Position numbers and translations under genes: made by a program. From Blepharisma stoltei ATCC 30299 (lineage: Eukaryota > Protista > Ciliophora), in assembly GCA_965603825.1 (NCBI GenBank), contig CBFDEM010000044.1, positions 372,001 to 436,000 of the forward strand: a DNA stretch of 64,000 bases, given 5' to 3'. The first letter of the stretch is position 1. Each line of letters begins with the position of its first letter. Below the pieces are notes generated by a model. The model had not been told where the DNA came from. It did not search any database and saw nothing but the letters and a program-made list of their open reading frames with translations. Shown here piece by piece: positions 11,408-23,512 of the stretch.

Positions 11408-12079
11408 TTATAAAATAAAGTCTCTTACGCCGTTTCTATTCTCCTTTTTAGAGCTGCTTTGTGTTGATGAGTTTAAATACGGGGATTTCGGTCTTATTTT
11501 TCTTGCTGACCTAGGTCTTGATTTTTCTTCTGAAGAGTTGTCAATTAGTTCTCTTCTTGGAGTCGGAGTTGTTAACCCATCCTTCATAAATCAAGGCGAA
11601 GATTTTGTTGTATAAGGAGATATATCTTTTTCTTTTCGTTCATGTGTAGAAGCAGTTGTAGGTCGACTTGAATACTCTGTTAAGACAGCATTTATGTCCA
11701 CTTTTCAATTTGGGTCCACAATGCTTGGCTGCTTATTTTTTGACACAAATCTGGGATCAAAAACAATATGATTTCCAATATAATAGTATCCATTATTCGA
11801 GGTATCTTTTGCTGCATGAAGTTGTTTATATACAGGTGTGTTTTTTACTTTAAGCCTTCCTATTGTATTGTAATTAGCATCATATGCTCCTGGCCCAACT
11901 CTGAAGCCAGTTCGTCTTGCTTCCACTTCATATTGCATAAACCGTTTGCTTATAGGAAAATCTTGATGACCTTTTGTAGGAGTTGTTGATAAAGATCTAC
12001 CATCACAGGTTACTTGTGGATTATAAAAGTCTGGAGTTCTTTCCTTTGGGCTCCTAAAACCTAGATCTGTTGGCCTCAT
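11408..12079 (-). CDS. PG-rich (SHIPPO/STPG-like repeat) protein, probably ciliary or cytoskeletal
   Basis: VGPGAYD and TPDFYNP motifs. Reads through two TGA to TAA at 11408-11410. Confidence 0.65.
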
Positions 12080-12197
12080 TTTTGCAGTTAATCTTATAAT
12101 GAGAATATTTTATATTAGTTTTTCTTTCGGAAGTGACTGAGAAATCGTTAGCTCAAGCAATGATCCCAAACTTATTTGTTAGATAATCACCATAAAT

Positions 12198-12602
12198 ATG
12201 TCAACTTCGAAGCTCTGGCTTAATCCTCCTCGTGGAGGTGGTGTTGTTTTTGTAGAGCCTACAATCAACAATACAGCTTATTACAAATGGGGCAATCATA
12301 GACAAAGAGTGTGGAGATTTCCTCAGAATACCGCAACAGATCTTCACCCTATGGCACGTCATTGGCTCATGGACTATACTTATGGGAAAGGCTTGATTGT
12401 TCATCAGCGCTCTCACTATACACTGAATCAGAACTATATTAGGAAACCATTCACAAAAGAGTGGCTCCAAGCTATTTATTGGAAGCAAGCTCCTGGAAAA
12501 ATTTATCTGATTCCATGGCTTTTATTCATATATGGAGCAGGTGCATGCGGCATGAGAGCTTATGACAACTCAGCTTATGATTACTTTTATTTCACTGATT
12601 AA
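12198..12602 (+). CDS. Small mitochondrial membrane protein, probably ciliate cytochrome c oxidase subunit 7a-like
   Basis: Aromatic-rich 134 aa with a single C-terminal TM helix. The YG.G...H.RS.Y.L.Q and YD.FYF.D patterns resemble my recollection of the ciliate complex IV subunit (unverified). Confidence 0.55.
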   Translation: MSTSKLWLNPPRGGGVVFVEPTINNTAYYKWGNHRQRVWRFPQNTATDLHPMARHWLMDYTYGKGLIVHQRSHYTLNQNYIRKPFTKEWLQAIYWKQAPGKIYLIPWLLFIYGAGACGMRAYDNSAYDYFYFTD

Positions 12603-13542
12603 GCTCATTAAGTAAACCCTTAAAGGAAAAAATAATTAAGGACTTTAAGATTTAAATACAAATATTTATCCAATAAAAAGCACGATAGATTTCTCATGCT
12701 TTTGCGTTCTGTGATATTGAAGAATCAAGTCACAGTAAGTGCCATAGCCTATTGGATTCAATTCGTTTAAGAGATGATTCCGAAAATTATCTCAAAAATT
12801 TTAATTAGATCTGATGATTAAAACCGCAAACACCTCACACTTATTCGCATGAATAATATTTTTACAGCAGAAATCCAAAATTTAAGATTTCAAATAGCTG
12901 ACTGAATTGTACTGCAAGCCAAATTAATTTCTGATATTTAAAATATTTTGGATTTGAATGGGAGGATAAAGACTGATTAATCACTTGCCCGGAATAATTA
13001 GGCTCATAGCTAAAAAGATTATGCTCATGAAATTAAATCAGATTTTTGCTTGATAATTTCTTCAATTTTGTAGTATTATAAGTCATTTATTTAGTTTTAT
13101 GGATAATTTATACTATTTTATGTTTGTATTGCTTAAATTTTGTGTTTTTACAGATTTCAACCTCTTTTTTATCTATATAAGCCGCTCAACACATTCTTTC
13201 ATCTTATTCTAATATTACTATAAATTATAAAAATTTTAAGAAATTGAAAACTTAATCATAAATTCACTAATAGTTTTGTCTTCTCAAATCGTGTTTCAAC
13301 TCTCACAAAAATAATCAATAACAAAAAAATTTGTGAGGAGATGTGCTCTCCATCTAACTAAAGCTATCAAAGACTTAGTTCTGAAGGGTTTTAGGCGTTT
13401 CTAATATATGTATCTAGATATCTATTGTTTTACTATTCTTAAAGAAAGAAATTTATCATAGGCTCAGGCAACTTGTTTCATAACGGTTTTGCCCTATTCA
13501 CTGATCCAATTTTCAGTGACGTAATTAAAGAAATTCGCATAA

Positions 13543-14253
13543 ATGTCCGAACTCGTTCAAGAGGGAAATATCTTTATTCTCTCCATTCCCATATCCTTTA
13601 TGATTCCAAGAGTTGAAGAAATCCACAAGCTTCTCGACATCGTAGAGAATCATGAAGGACCAACAGCTTTAATTATAACCTCAAAACACCATAAAATTTT
13701 TTCAGCTGGAATGGACCTTAAATACATGCAAAAGCATGGTGCTTGAACAGGCCTTTCAATATTTTCTGCACTTATGGGACTTTATGGAAGGCTTTTATCC
13801 TTTAAAGTGCCTACAATAGCAGCACTGAATGGGCATACGATAGCTGGGGGTTTAATTTTCGCACTTTCAGTAGACTATAGAATTATGGCGAGAGGCAAAT
13901 TCACTATAAAAATGACTGAATTAGGCTTAGGAGCAGTTATTCCTAGAGGTGGGAATGTGGTGCTGTCTACAAAGTTAACTCCCTCAGTGCATAGAGATCT
14001 TGTATTAAGGTGTAAAGAATATTCATGTGAGGAAGCTTTAGCGAACAATATTGTTGATGAGCTTGTTGAATCTCAAGATTTAATGATAAGAGCTAGAGAA
14101 TTAGCAAATGAATTGGCAAGCTTAGGAGAGAAAAAAGATGTTTATATATGCGTTAAAAAGAGCATGTATTATGATACAATTGATATAAACTTAAAAGCAG
14201 AAATTAAGAAAATTGAATGGAAAATAATGGGTAAAGAAGAGTCTAAACTTTAA
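13543..14253 (+). CDS. Peroxisomal enoyl-CoA delta isomerase (crotonase fold), copy 1
   Basis: FSAGMDL and PTIAALNGHTIAGG motifs. One in-frame TGA (13744-13746); colinear with the paralogs. C-terminal SKL. Confidence 0.9.
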
Positions 14254-14750
14254 AACTTAATAAGTTTAAGATGATTCGTTACAAAATTTTAATATTAAAA
14301 TGAATTCTTTGGTATTTTTATCGTATTTGTCAAAATTGCTATTTATTTTTTGGAAATAATTTATAGTATATTGGCTAAACTGAAGCTTTCTTATTATTCG
14401 TTACGGATTTGGCATGCTGTTTGGTAAATAAACGAGTAAAAAAAAATTTAATAAATTTTGCAGTTTAGATATTCTTTCTCCTTCTGAAAACGAACTCATT
14501 CAGCGAGCAAAATTTATAAATTAAAGTGAAACAATTTTGTTAATGAGCAAAATTAAATAAAAATTTTTAATTATTTTAATATAAGAAATTATTAAATAAG
14601 CTAAAAATTTTTTAAAAAATCATATTAAAAAAAGTGCTAGAAATTAGAATTATATTAAACACAAATTTTAATTAAATTACACCTATAAGATTTTTTAAAT
14701 ATTTTTATTTTTACAGCTTTACTTCAGCTCTATAAATACTTTATATATAT

Positions 14751-15347
14751 TTACATATGTATATTTTTTTCAAACTCTGCATCTTTGAGATGGACTTGGT
14801 CTATGTGGCTTGCCAAAGTATACTTATTATATTTTGACACTCCACAATATTTACAAACAACTCTGGTTGATTTTTCATGGACTTGTCTTTCATGAAACCT
14901 CAAGGCATGCTTATGCTTGAAAGCTTTTCCACATTTTTCGCACTTAACCTTCTTTTTTCTATTTATATGTGCTCTTCCCATATGTTGTTGCAAGCCTTTT
15001 TGGCTTTTGCAAGATTTTAAGCATTTTGGACAAGAAATTCCAGAAAAAACTGGATTTTCAAGTGAAGGAGAATCAACAATGGGGCTGTAGTCTAAATGCA
15101 AATCAGAATAATCATCAACTCCGAGCTCAATATCTAATAAGCCAATTGTCTCATTATCCAGCTTAAATTCTTGAACAAGATGCTCTCTAAGATCTTTAGG
15201 AGATTTAAAAATTTGTTTACATAATTTACATATATTGGTCTTTAGGCAGCATTGATCAGAAAGCACTATTGGGAGAGCTTTTACATCGGTTTCTTGAAGG
15301 GAAAGTGAATGGGAAGCATTCAAAGTTGTCGTCGAATCAAAATCCAT
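14751..15347 (-). CDS. C2H2 zinc-finger protein
   Basis: Three C-terminal C2H2 fingers plus one degenerate finger. First ATG at 15347. Confidence 0.85.
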   Translation of the reverse strand: MDFDSTTTLNASHSLSLQETDVKALPIVLSDQCCLKTNICKLCKQIFKSPKDLREHLVQEFKLDNETIGLLDIELGVDDYSDLHLDYSPIVDSPSLENPVFSGISCPKCLKSCKSQKGLQQHMGRAHINRKKKVKCEKCGKAFKHKHALRFHERQVHEKSTRVVCKYCGVSKYNKYTLASHIDQVHLKDAEFEKNIHM

Positions 15348-15830
15348 CTTTGTTACAAAGGCGTTGCTGTATAAAAATGTATTTACTGAAAAAATTCTTT
15401 TAATTTCCAAAAATATTAATTTTGATTTTATTAGGCCTGAAACGTTGCATAATTATCATTTCAATTTAAGCACAGCTTTAAATTATAAAGAAATTGAAAA
15501 GCAATAAAAATAAATGGCAAAAAAGAGAGCTTAGGAAAAATGAAATATCTCTGACTGACAAATCAAAATGAAACAATAAGAAAACAGCTTTTATGATGAT
15601 ATTTGAAAAAGATTTTTGGAATGTTTAGTGTCGTACTCACTATTTATTAATTAATTTTAGATATTTTTTAAAATTTCATACTTAATTCAGAAAGCTGTTA
15701 ATTTCAATCAATCAAATCAACAACACTCTTATCTCTTCAAATTACAACGAGATAATCAATTTTATCAATCTAATTTTCATTATTTATAAACCCACAAATA
15801 TTAATGACGTAATTATATAAATTTACATAA

Positions 15831-16541
15831 ATGTCCGAATTAGTTCAAGAGGGAAATATCTTTATTCTCTACATTCCAATATCATTCTTAATTCCAAAAG
15901 TTGAAGAAATTCATAGATTGCTTGATATTGTAGAGAGGCATGAAGGGCCAACAGCTTTAATTATTACTTCAAAACACCCTAAAATATTTTCTGCAGGAAT
16001 GGACCTTAAATATATGCAAAAGCTCGGAGCAGGTCATGGGCTTCCAATATTTGCTGCACTAATGGGACTTTATGGAAGACTTTTATCTTTTAAAGTGCCT
16101 ACAATAGCAGCTCTTAATGGACACACAATTGCAGGGGGTTTGATGCTTTCCCTTTCTTTAGATTATCGAATAATGGCAAAAGGCAAATTTACTATGAAAA
16201 TGTCAGAATTATCCCTAGGATTAGTCTTACCAAGGGGTGGTGCGACTTTATTATCAACAAAGCTCGGCCCTGCCACATATCGAGATCTTGTGCTAAAATG
16301 TAAAACATTTTCAGCTGAAGAGGCTTTAGCAAAAAATATTATCGATGAGCTAGTTGAGCCTCAGGATTTAATGAAACGAGCTAGAGAGCTAGCAAATGAG
16401 TTATCAAGTCTAGGAGATAAAAAGGATGTTTATGAATGCGTTAAAAAAAGCATTTATTATGATGCAATTGAAATAACTTCAAAAGCAGAAATAAGAGACA
16501 TTGAATGGAAAACCATGGGTATGGAAGTTCCTAAACTTTAA
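15831..16541 (+). CDS. Peroxisomal enoyl-CoA delta isomerase, copy 2
   Basis: Same crotonase motifs; C-terminal PKL. Confidence 0.9.
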   Translation: MSELVQEGNIFILYIPISFLIPKVEEIHRLLDIVERHEGPTALIITSKHPKIFSAGMDLKYMQKLGAGHGLPIFAALMGLYGRLLSFKVPTIAALNGHTIAGGLMLSLSLDYRIMAKGKFTMKMSELSLGLVLPRGGATLLSTKLGPATYRDLVLKCKTFSAEEALAKNIIDELVEPQDLMKRARELANELSSLGDKKDVYECVKKSIYYDAIEITSKAEIRDIEWKTMGMEVPKL

Positions 16542-16788
16542 ATGTTTAAGCAAATTTTAATTAATTCGCTTTGGAATTAATGCTTAAATAATCAAAAAAC
16601 CTTTGATACTTTTTTGATAAAATTATAGCATTTATTCTGAAACAATAAAATTTATCATCTTGTTATTTATTGTTTCTTTGTAATATTTTACCCCTTTTTA
16701 TTCGAAATTATCATCTTAATTTAAAAAACTTCTGAACTTAAATTAATTAACTGCCGTTTTATCCGTGTGGATATAATTAAGAATATAA

Positions 16789-17505
16789 ATGTCCGAGCTC
16801 GTCCATGAAGGTAATATTTTTATTTTGTATATCCCGATTGGGTTTACAGTGTCAAAAGTTGCTGAAATAAATAGTCTTCTTGATATTGTGGAGAGTCATG
16901 AAGGGCCTACTGCATTGATTATTACCTCAAAGAACCACAAAATTTTTTCCGCTGGGATGGACCTTAAAGAAATATTAAAAGAAGGTGGAACAGCAGAGGC
17001 AGCAGCAAGAGTGTTTATCGCACTTATGAAATTATATGGTAGACTTTTAGCTTTTAAAGTGCCTACAATTGGTGCACTTAATGGGCATACCATTGCTGGA
17101 GGATTGATGTTTGCCCTTTCTCTAGATTATCGTATTATGGCTAGAGGAAAATCTACACTGAAAATGACAGAATTGCCTTTAGGAATGGTCCTTCCAAGAG
17201 GTGGAGATATTGTCCTAACTACTAAGTTACCGCCTACTGTTCATCGAGATCTTGTTCTTAAAGGAAAATCTTTTTCCTGTGAAGAAGGCTTAAGTAGTAG
17301 CATTATTGACGAGCTTGTAGAGCCTCAAGATTTAATGAGAAGAGCAAGAGAATTAGCAAATGAATTGTCAGCCTTGGGAGACAAAAAGGATGTTTATATG
17401 TGCGTTAAAAAAAGCATGTATTATGATAGTATTGAAACGAGCTTAGAGGCTAAATATTCAAGAGCTGAGTGGAAAGCTATGGGTGAAGAAGAGCCTAAAC
17501 TATAA
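16789..17505 (+). CDS. Peroxisomal enoyl-CoA delta isomerase, copy 3
   Basis: Same crotonase motifs; C-terminal PKL. Confidence 0.9.
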   Translation: MSELVHEGNIFILYIPIGFTVSKVAEINSLLDIVESHEGPTALIITSKNHKIFSAGMDLKEILKEGGTAEAAARVFIALMKLYGRLLAFKVPTIGALNGHTIAGGLMFALSLDYRIMARGKSTLKMTELPLGMVLPRGGDIVLTTKLPPTVHRDLVLKGKSFSCEEGLSSSIIDELVEPQDLMRRARELANELSALGDKKDVYMCVKKSMYYDSIETSLEAKYSRAEWKAMGEEEPKL

Positions 17506-17863
17506 GAATAAATGATTTAAGGTCATTTCACGCTTATTGATATTTAAGAATTCATCATTTTTTTTATTGTTTATTTGACAAGACTCATAAAACACTAGAT
17601 GTATATAAATCTTAAATTTTAATAAAATAAAAATTTATTTCCAGAATTTCCATAATGATTTTTCTTGCCTAAATACTTTTTTAATTTTCCTGTTGATTTA
17701 ATCTCTTATCAGGTGGTTAATTAGCACAATATTTTAAAAAAATGCTTCTTTTACGATATTAACGCAAAGTAAATGAGTACTTTTTGCATTGGAATATGAT
17801 TTTCTAGAAGAAGCCCAAAGATCAAGCCATTTTTAGTTCAATAATTTAAATTATATATTTAAG

Positions 17864-18424
17864 TTATATCATACCTTTTGTATGAGCATGCTCAATATGG
17901 ACAGTAAGCATGTATTTATTGTAAATAATAGAACCACAAATATCACACTTTACCCTTGTGGCTTTTTCATGAACTTGCGTAATATGGAATCTCAACGCAT
18001 ACTTGTTTTCGTATCTTTTACCACAGATCTTGCAAGTGCATCTCTTTCTTTTGTGTATGTGAGCTTTGCCCTTATGCTGTTCTAGGCCTTTTTTACTTTT
18101 ACAAATTTTTGAGCAGAAAGGGCAAATTAAATTTTTCCTTACTTCGTAAGTTGATTTGTTCACAATTTGGGTTTCAGTATCATCAGACAAATCGAATCCT
18201 AACTCAAGATTCAAGAATCCTATTATTTCATTGTCAAATTCTAGCTCTTCAATCATATGCTTCTTAAGAAGAATTACTTCTGAAAATATCTTCTGGCATA
18301 GCTTGCATTGATATGCGCTTAGTTTAAATGTGTCAGCTATTCTTGGTGAATCATTGCTACCGATTTGCGTGCAAACTGGGAATGGCTCAGGTAGGTCTTT
18401 GAGCTGTGTGCTTTCTAACTTCAT
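17864..18424 (-). CDS. C2H2 zinc-finger protein (paralog of 14751-15347)
   Basis: Shares CKS.KGL.QH.G.AH, ALRFH..QVHEK.TRV.C and YNKY.L..H. Confidence 0.87.
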   Translation of the reverse strand: MKLESTQLKDLPEPFPVCTQIGSNDSPRIADTFKLSAYQCKLCQKIFSEVILLKKHMIEELEFDNEIIGFLNLELGFDLSDDTETQIVNKSTYEVRKNLICPFCSKICKSKKGLEQHKGKAHIHKRKRCTCKICGKRYENKYALRFHITQVHEKATRVKCDICGSIIYNKYMLTVHIEHAHTKGMI

Positions 18425-19127
18425 TAGTGTAATTTATTTATTACTGATTAAAATGGTAATACTGAACAGGAGGATTTATATCAGTAACTCTTTGTCTAGT
18501 TCTAGCTAAGCATAGTATACAGTTTTAGATATAAAGAAGAGGTGATGAAGTCAATTTATTATGGCAAGTACTCATTTTGACAATAATTTTAAAATAGATG
18601 AAAATAAATTAATCAGGATTTTTTATTAAGTAATGGAGGACATAGATGTTATACCTATGAAAAATAAAAACAAGATAACGACTTTATGCTGAATGATATT
18701 AATAAAAATCATTTTCACATTTGAAAGCTTTGCAAGCATTTCATATTTTTAATTATTTAGAGTATAAATGGACTAAATAAAGTAAATTTAATGATAATAA
18801 AGAAAAAATTACTGCTTTAATAAAAAATTTCTGCTTTTAATAGACCTAATATTTTAAATATTTTATTTTTATTAATTTTTTGATTTCTCTTATTAATATA
18901 ATAATTTTCTATTATTCTTAAAGAAAAGTCTTGGAAATTTATGCATTATATCTCTTCAATAGGGACTAAAACGTTCTCATTATTTATAGCCCCAAAAAGA
19001 CTTAAATAACAAATTTATAAAAGCATTATAAAATTATGCAGATTCTTTTGCGATTCTTTATACAATTATATTATATTAATTAATATAAAACCATATATTT
19101 CTCCTATTAAGAAAATTAATAATTAAC

Positions 19128-20489
19128 ATGGCATTTTCTAAAGCCCATCCTCAGATAAAGTATTTTTCGTCCCTACAAAAAGAAGGAAACATTTCAGCTA
19201 AAGCATCAAAGCTCACAATAGATGTTCCAGAAAACGAAGAAGATATATTATCATCTGAGATTTTATCTATAAATAAGAATTCTCCTTCTCATTCAAGAGA
19301 CACCTTTAAAGCAATAAAGATACAATCTAATTCAGGAACTCCAAAAAATTCCACTCCCATATCAAAGCAGTATAAGCCTAAGCAAATTCATAGTGAAGGA
19401 AACATTCCGACTGGAAAAGAAAAATCATATAATTTTTCTCCGGAAATTAAAACGTCTTCTCGAGATCCTGCTTCTTTTTACGCTTTAAAAAAAAATTCAT
19501 CCTATAAAATCGGAGCTTCAACGAAGCTGAATCATAAATCTGGCACTCCTGACAAATCCAAAAGGCTTCTTGACCTCCCGCCAAGACCAAAAATGATACA
19601 TAATAAAGGATATCTAGGGAAAATTGAAATAAAGCCAGAAACAGGCTCTTCTCCAACTTTGAATATCCATATTACGCAAATTAAAAAGTCAGCCTCTTCC
19701 TCTATACGAATAAAAAAGCAGCTAACCGAAGTGGAAATTAAAGCTATGAGTGAAGTGCATTATAAAGAGCATCTGTTTCAAACTTTTCAAGCAATGAAGT
19801 TAATTAAAAATCTACCACCTCTAGAGCTTAGTCTAATTCGAGAAAAAAAGATATATTTACCGAAAAAAGTTGGATGGGAAAACAAAAAAACGGCTATTTT
19901 TGATCTAGATGAAACATTAGTGCATTGCTGTGATAGGACTAATGATTGTGATGTAATTTTGCCTATTTCTTTCCCCTCAGGGGAAACTTTAGCTGCAGGA
20001 ATTAACATTAGGCCATATGCTGTTGAATGCTTAAGAGAAGTTAATAAAGATTACGAGATCATTATATTTACAGCTAGCCATCAAAGCTATGCAGACGCTG
20101 TATTGGATTATTTGGACCCTAATAAAGAAATTATTCATCATAGGCTCTATCGAAATCATTGTGTAAATGCTAAAGGAATTTATATGAAAGATCTCCGAAT
20201 ATTTGCCAATAGGAAAATAAAAGATATAGTAATTATTGATAACTCAGCTTATTCATTTGGAAATCAATTGGATAATGGGGTACCTATCATATCATGAATA
20301 GATGACTATTATGATAAAGAATTGTATAATCTTATTGACTATTTAAAAACATTAGCTAAGGCAGAGGATATAAGGGATATAAATCGGCAAACTTTTCATC
20401 TTAAAACTCTCTATGAAGATTATATTCAGGATTTTTTAGCAAATGACAGAGAAGAAGCCAAACTTGTAAAAAATAGCAAAAAGGGATAA
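19128..20489 (+). CDS. CTD small phosphatase-like protein (NIF/FCP1), copy 2
   Basis: DLDETLVHC, IFTAS, IIDNS, NGVPIIS-W(TGA 20295)-IDD. TAA at 20487-20489. Confidence 0.92.
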
Positions 20490-20640
20490 AAAACTGATTA
20501 ACATTATTTTAAAATCAAAGTTCCTGTTGCCTTTGCTTAAGGGAATATTTATTAATTAAACCTTAATTTGAATCATTTCTTTAATTTTGATTGTATGAGG
20601 AATTTGAAAAATTTAATTTTTTCTAATTATATAAATAAAA

Positions 20641-21774
20641 ATGGATTATGATGCACCTTGGAGATGCAGATCTGCAAGCAGCTTCGAAAAAATTGCTCAA
20701 GTAGGCGAAGGGACTTATGGGAACGTATTTAAAGCAAAAGATCGCATAACTAATGAAGTTTATGCAATGAAAAAGATCAAAATGGACCGAGAAAAAGAAG
20801 GCTTCCCAATTACAGCTCTTCGTGAAATCAAGCTTCTTAAGCAAATGGACCACCCAAACATAGTCAAGCTCAAAGAAATCGTGACTTCAAAATCAACTGA
20901 CGACCGCACGCCTGGAAATGTATATCTGCTGTTCGAATATATGCATCATGACTTAGAAGGTCTTCTTAACATGCCAAAACCTAAAATAGAATACACAGTT
21001 CCTCACTTAAAATGCTTTATAAAGCAAATGCTCCAAGCTATCGAATATCTCCACTCCAAAAATATCATCCATCGGGACATCAAATGTGCAAATTTACTAG
21101 TCAATGATGATGGAGAGGTAAAGCTGGCTGACTTCGGGCTTGCAAGAAGTGTCAGCTCAAATCCCCAAGAAATGTATACAAACCGTGTCATTACTTTGTG
21201 GTACAGGCCTCCAGAACTGCTTTTAGGATCAACTAAATATGGAGGAGAAGTCGACATGTGGAGTGCTGGATGCATTATAGGTGAAATTTTAGCAAGAGCA
21301 CCTATGTTTCCTGAACCAGATGAGCCAAAAATGATACAAAAAATTTATGATCTTTGTGGAACTCCTAGTGAAGAAATCTGGCCAGGTGCTTATTCCTTAC
21401 CGCATTTTGAAAAATTTGCTCCACGAGAAAGAAGGACGAGAATGCTGAGGGTAAAGTATGCTGAAAAGGCGAAGTACCCGAATTTTGATGAGCTCGCCTT
21501 AGATCTGATTGACAGACTGCTGCAGTTAAACCCAGAAAACAGATTGACGGCAAGGCAAGCTTTAGATCATCCTTATTTTACAACAGAGCCTTTGCCTTGT
21601 CTTCCAAGCGAGCTACCAAAAATTAATGAAGAGCTTCACGAGTGACTTGTCAAAAAACAGCGGAAAGAGCAAAGACCTAATTATCCTCCTGGCTATAAGC
21701 CTCCTACCAAAAGGCCTGCTGATCGTCCTAATCCTTCACCTACAAAAAGAGCAAAGCTAGATGAAGAAAGTTAA
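20641..21774 (+). CDS. CDK9: Transcriptional cyclin-dependent kinase, CDK9/CDK12/CDKC group
   Basis: GEGTYG, PITALRE, HRDIK, DFG, YTNRVITLWYRPPE. Reads through TGA at 21643 to TAA at 21772-21774. Confidence 0.85.
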
Positions 21775-22685
21775 TATTAAAAATTGATCTGTTAATCTTT
21801 TACTAATAAATCATATATTTCCGCTGACATCTTATTGTTCCAATATTAATTTTATAATAAACTGCTTAATAATTGATAAGGTTTCTTGTTTCTAAAATTC
21901 GAGAGTTTGTGATGGTGGATGGAAAAATAGTAGTTCAATTCTTGGTGAGGTTGAATATAACTATTTATAGCAAACAGTTGATTTTAGTAATCTTTATAAC
22001 TATCTTCAGATCAGTTGGCAGCTGCAATTTTATCATGCTTTATTTAAAACCTTGTATTCGAATTAATGATATTAAATAGTTATTCAATCACAAAATTCAA
22101 ATTAAGCATTTAATTTGTTAAGAATATATAGATTTGAGAAACTAATGATTGCTTTTATAATCAATTAGTGAGTATCAAAGCTTATTAACTTAATATATGA
22201 CATTTTTTCTTGATCTGCTGTTGAGGCATCTTTTGACGTTTATTTGCCTGATCATTTAAAAATTTAATCAAAGAAATAATTAGATATGATTTTCTTAGAA
22301 TAAAAATACTTTTTTGCTTAGAATAAATTATTGAGTACTTAATGGGATTTTTCCCTAGGAAAAAAAAATTGTTGTATTTCGATAAGAGAGTATTTTCTGA
22401 TGGTCTTTTTGATTTCCTTGATTAAAAGCAAAGCTACTGATATTCATTTTAATTTAAGTAAAAGTTTTATTACGAAATATGTTCAGTGGAGTATTTCCAT
22501 CCATTTTTGTCTCAACATAAGTTGGTTGTCTGCTTAATAGGCTTTTATAAATTTTTCTTATTAATTTATTTAAACTAATCGAAAATATCCCACTCTCCTA
22601 TTTATATGAAAATTTTTGCTTTAGTACAGCTATAAATTTAAAGATAAAATGGATTTAATACTTTTTTCAAAATTAAATAAAACTC

Positions 22686-23240
22686 ATGGATCAATTAAAT
22701 AACTTGCAGCTTGGCCTTCAAGTCCCACGAATTATAGTGCCTGCTGGCTTTCCTTCTTTAACGAAATCCGACGACTACCCCTTCAAATGCTCCCAATGTG
22801 GTCTGTGCTTCAAAAATGAAATTGAACTTACTGCTCATGATTCTCCAGAACCGAATATAGAATCTTATAAAATTCTTGTTTACAAACCACCTCTTTCCGC
22901 AGTTAGATTGCCATGCGCTAATCAATTTAATTATTGCGAGCTATGTAGTAAATATTTCAACTCAAACCAAGGCTTTAGGCAGCATCTTGGCAAAGTGCAT
23001 GAAAGTCAAGGAAAAAACGCTGAGTGCAATATTTGCCACAAATTATTCAAGCATAAGCACGCTCTGAAGTTTCATGTGGACCAAGTCCACGATACATTTA
23101 AAAGAGTACCTTGCATTCGCTGCAAAAAAGAATTTTACAATAAATATAAGCTTAAAAACCATTTGAGGAAATGTAAAGTCGTTGAAGATTTGAGTGCTGG
23201 AGAGAGCGTTTATGAAAAGCCTGATGATGAAATAGTTTAA
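22686..23240 (+). CDS. C2H2 zinc-finger protein (same family as the two upstream)
   Basis: QG..QHLGKVH, FKHKHALKFH..QVH and YNKYKLKNH fingers. Confidence 0.87.
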   Translation: MDQLNNLQLGLQVPRIIVPAGFPSLTKSDDYPFKCSQCGLCFKNEIELTAHDSPEPNIESYKILVYKPPLSAVRLPCANQFNYCELCSKYFNSNQGFRQHLGKVHESQGKNAECNICHKLFKHKHALKFHVDQVHDTFKRVPCIRCKKEFYNKYKLKNHLRKCKVVEDLSAGESVYEKPDDEIV

Positions 23241-23512
23241 TTTGAATTTTTCTTAATTTTTAAGACTTAAATAAAAAAAATAAACGTATATAAAAAAGGT
23301 AATTACGATAATGTTTTAAAATAAGATAAAAATAAAGCCTCAAATCCTATTCGATTTCAAATTTTGTTCATTACGATTTTGCTGATATTAATGAAAATGC
23401 TCAGGCTCATAAATTGAATTTCTATAGATATCTATCCAAAAATATGCAATTCTTTTTACTGATAAAATATAAAATTTACCTAAAGAACTAATTAAAATCC
23501 ATAATGTTTTAT

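Noticed and set aside
13744-13746. TGA in ECI copy 1 as a nonsense mutation or selenocysteine
   Set aside because: The gene is otherwise intact and colinear with its paralogs, the position is variable and non-catalytic, and UGA=Trp explains it. No TGA in the window aligns to a catalytic Cys.
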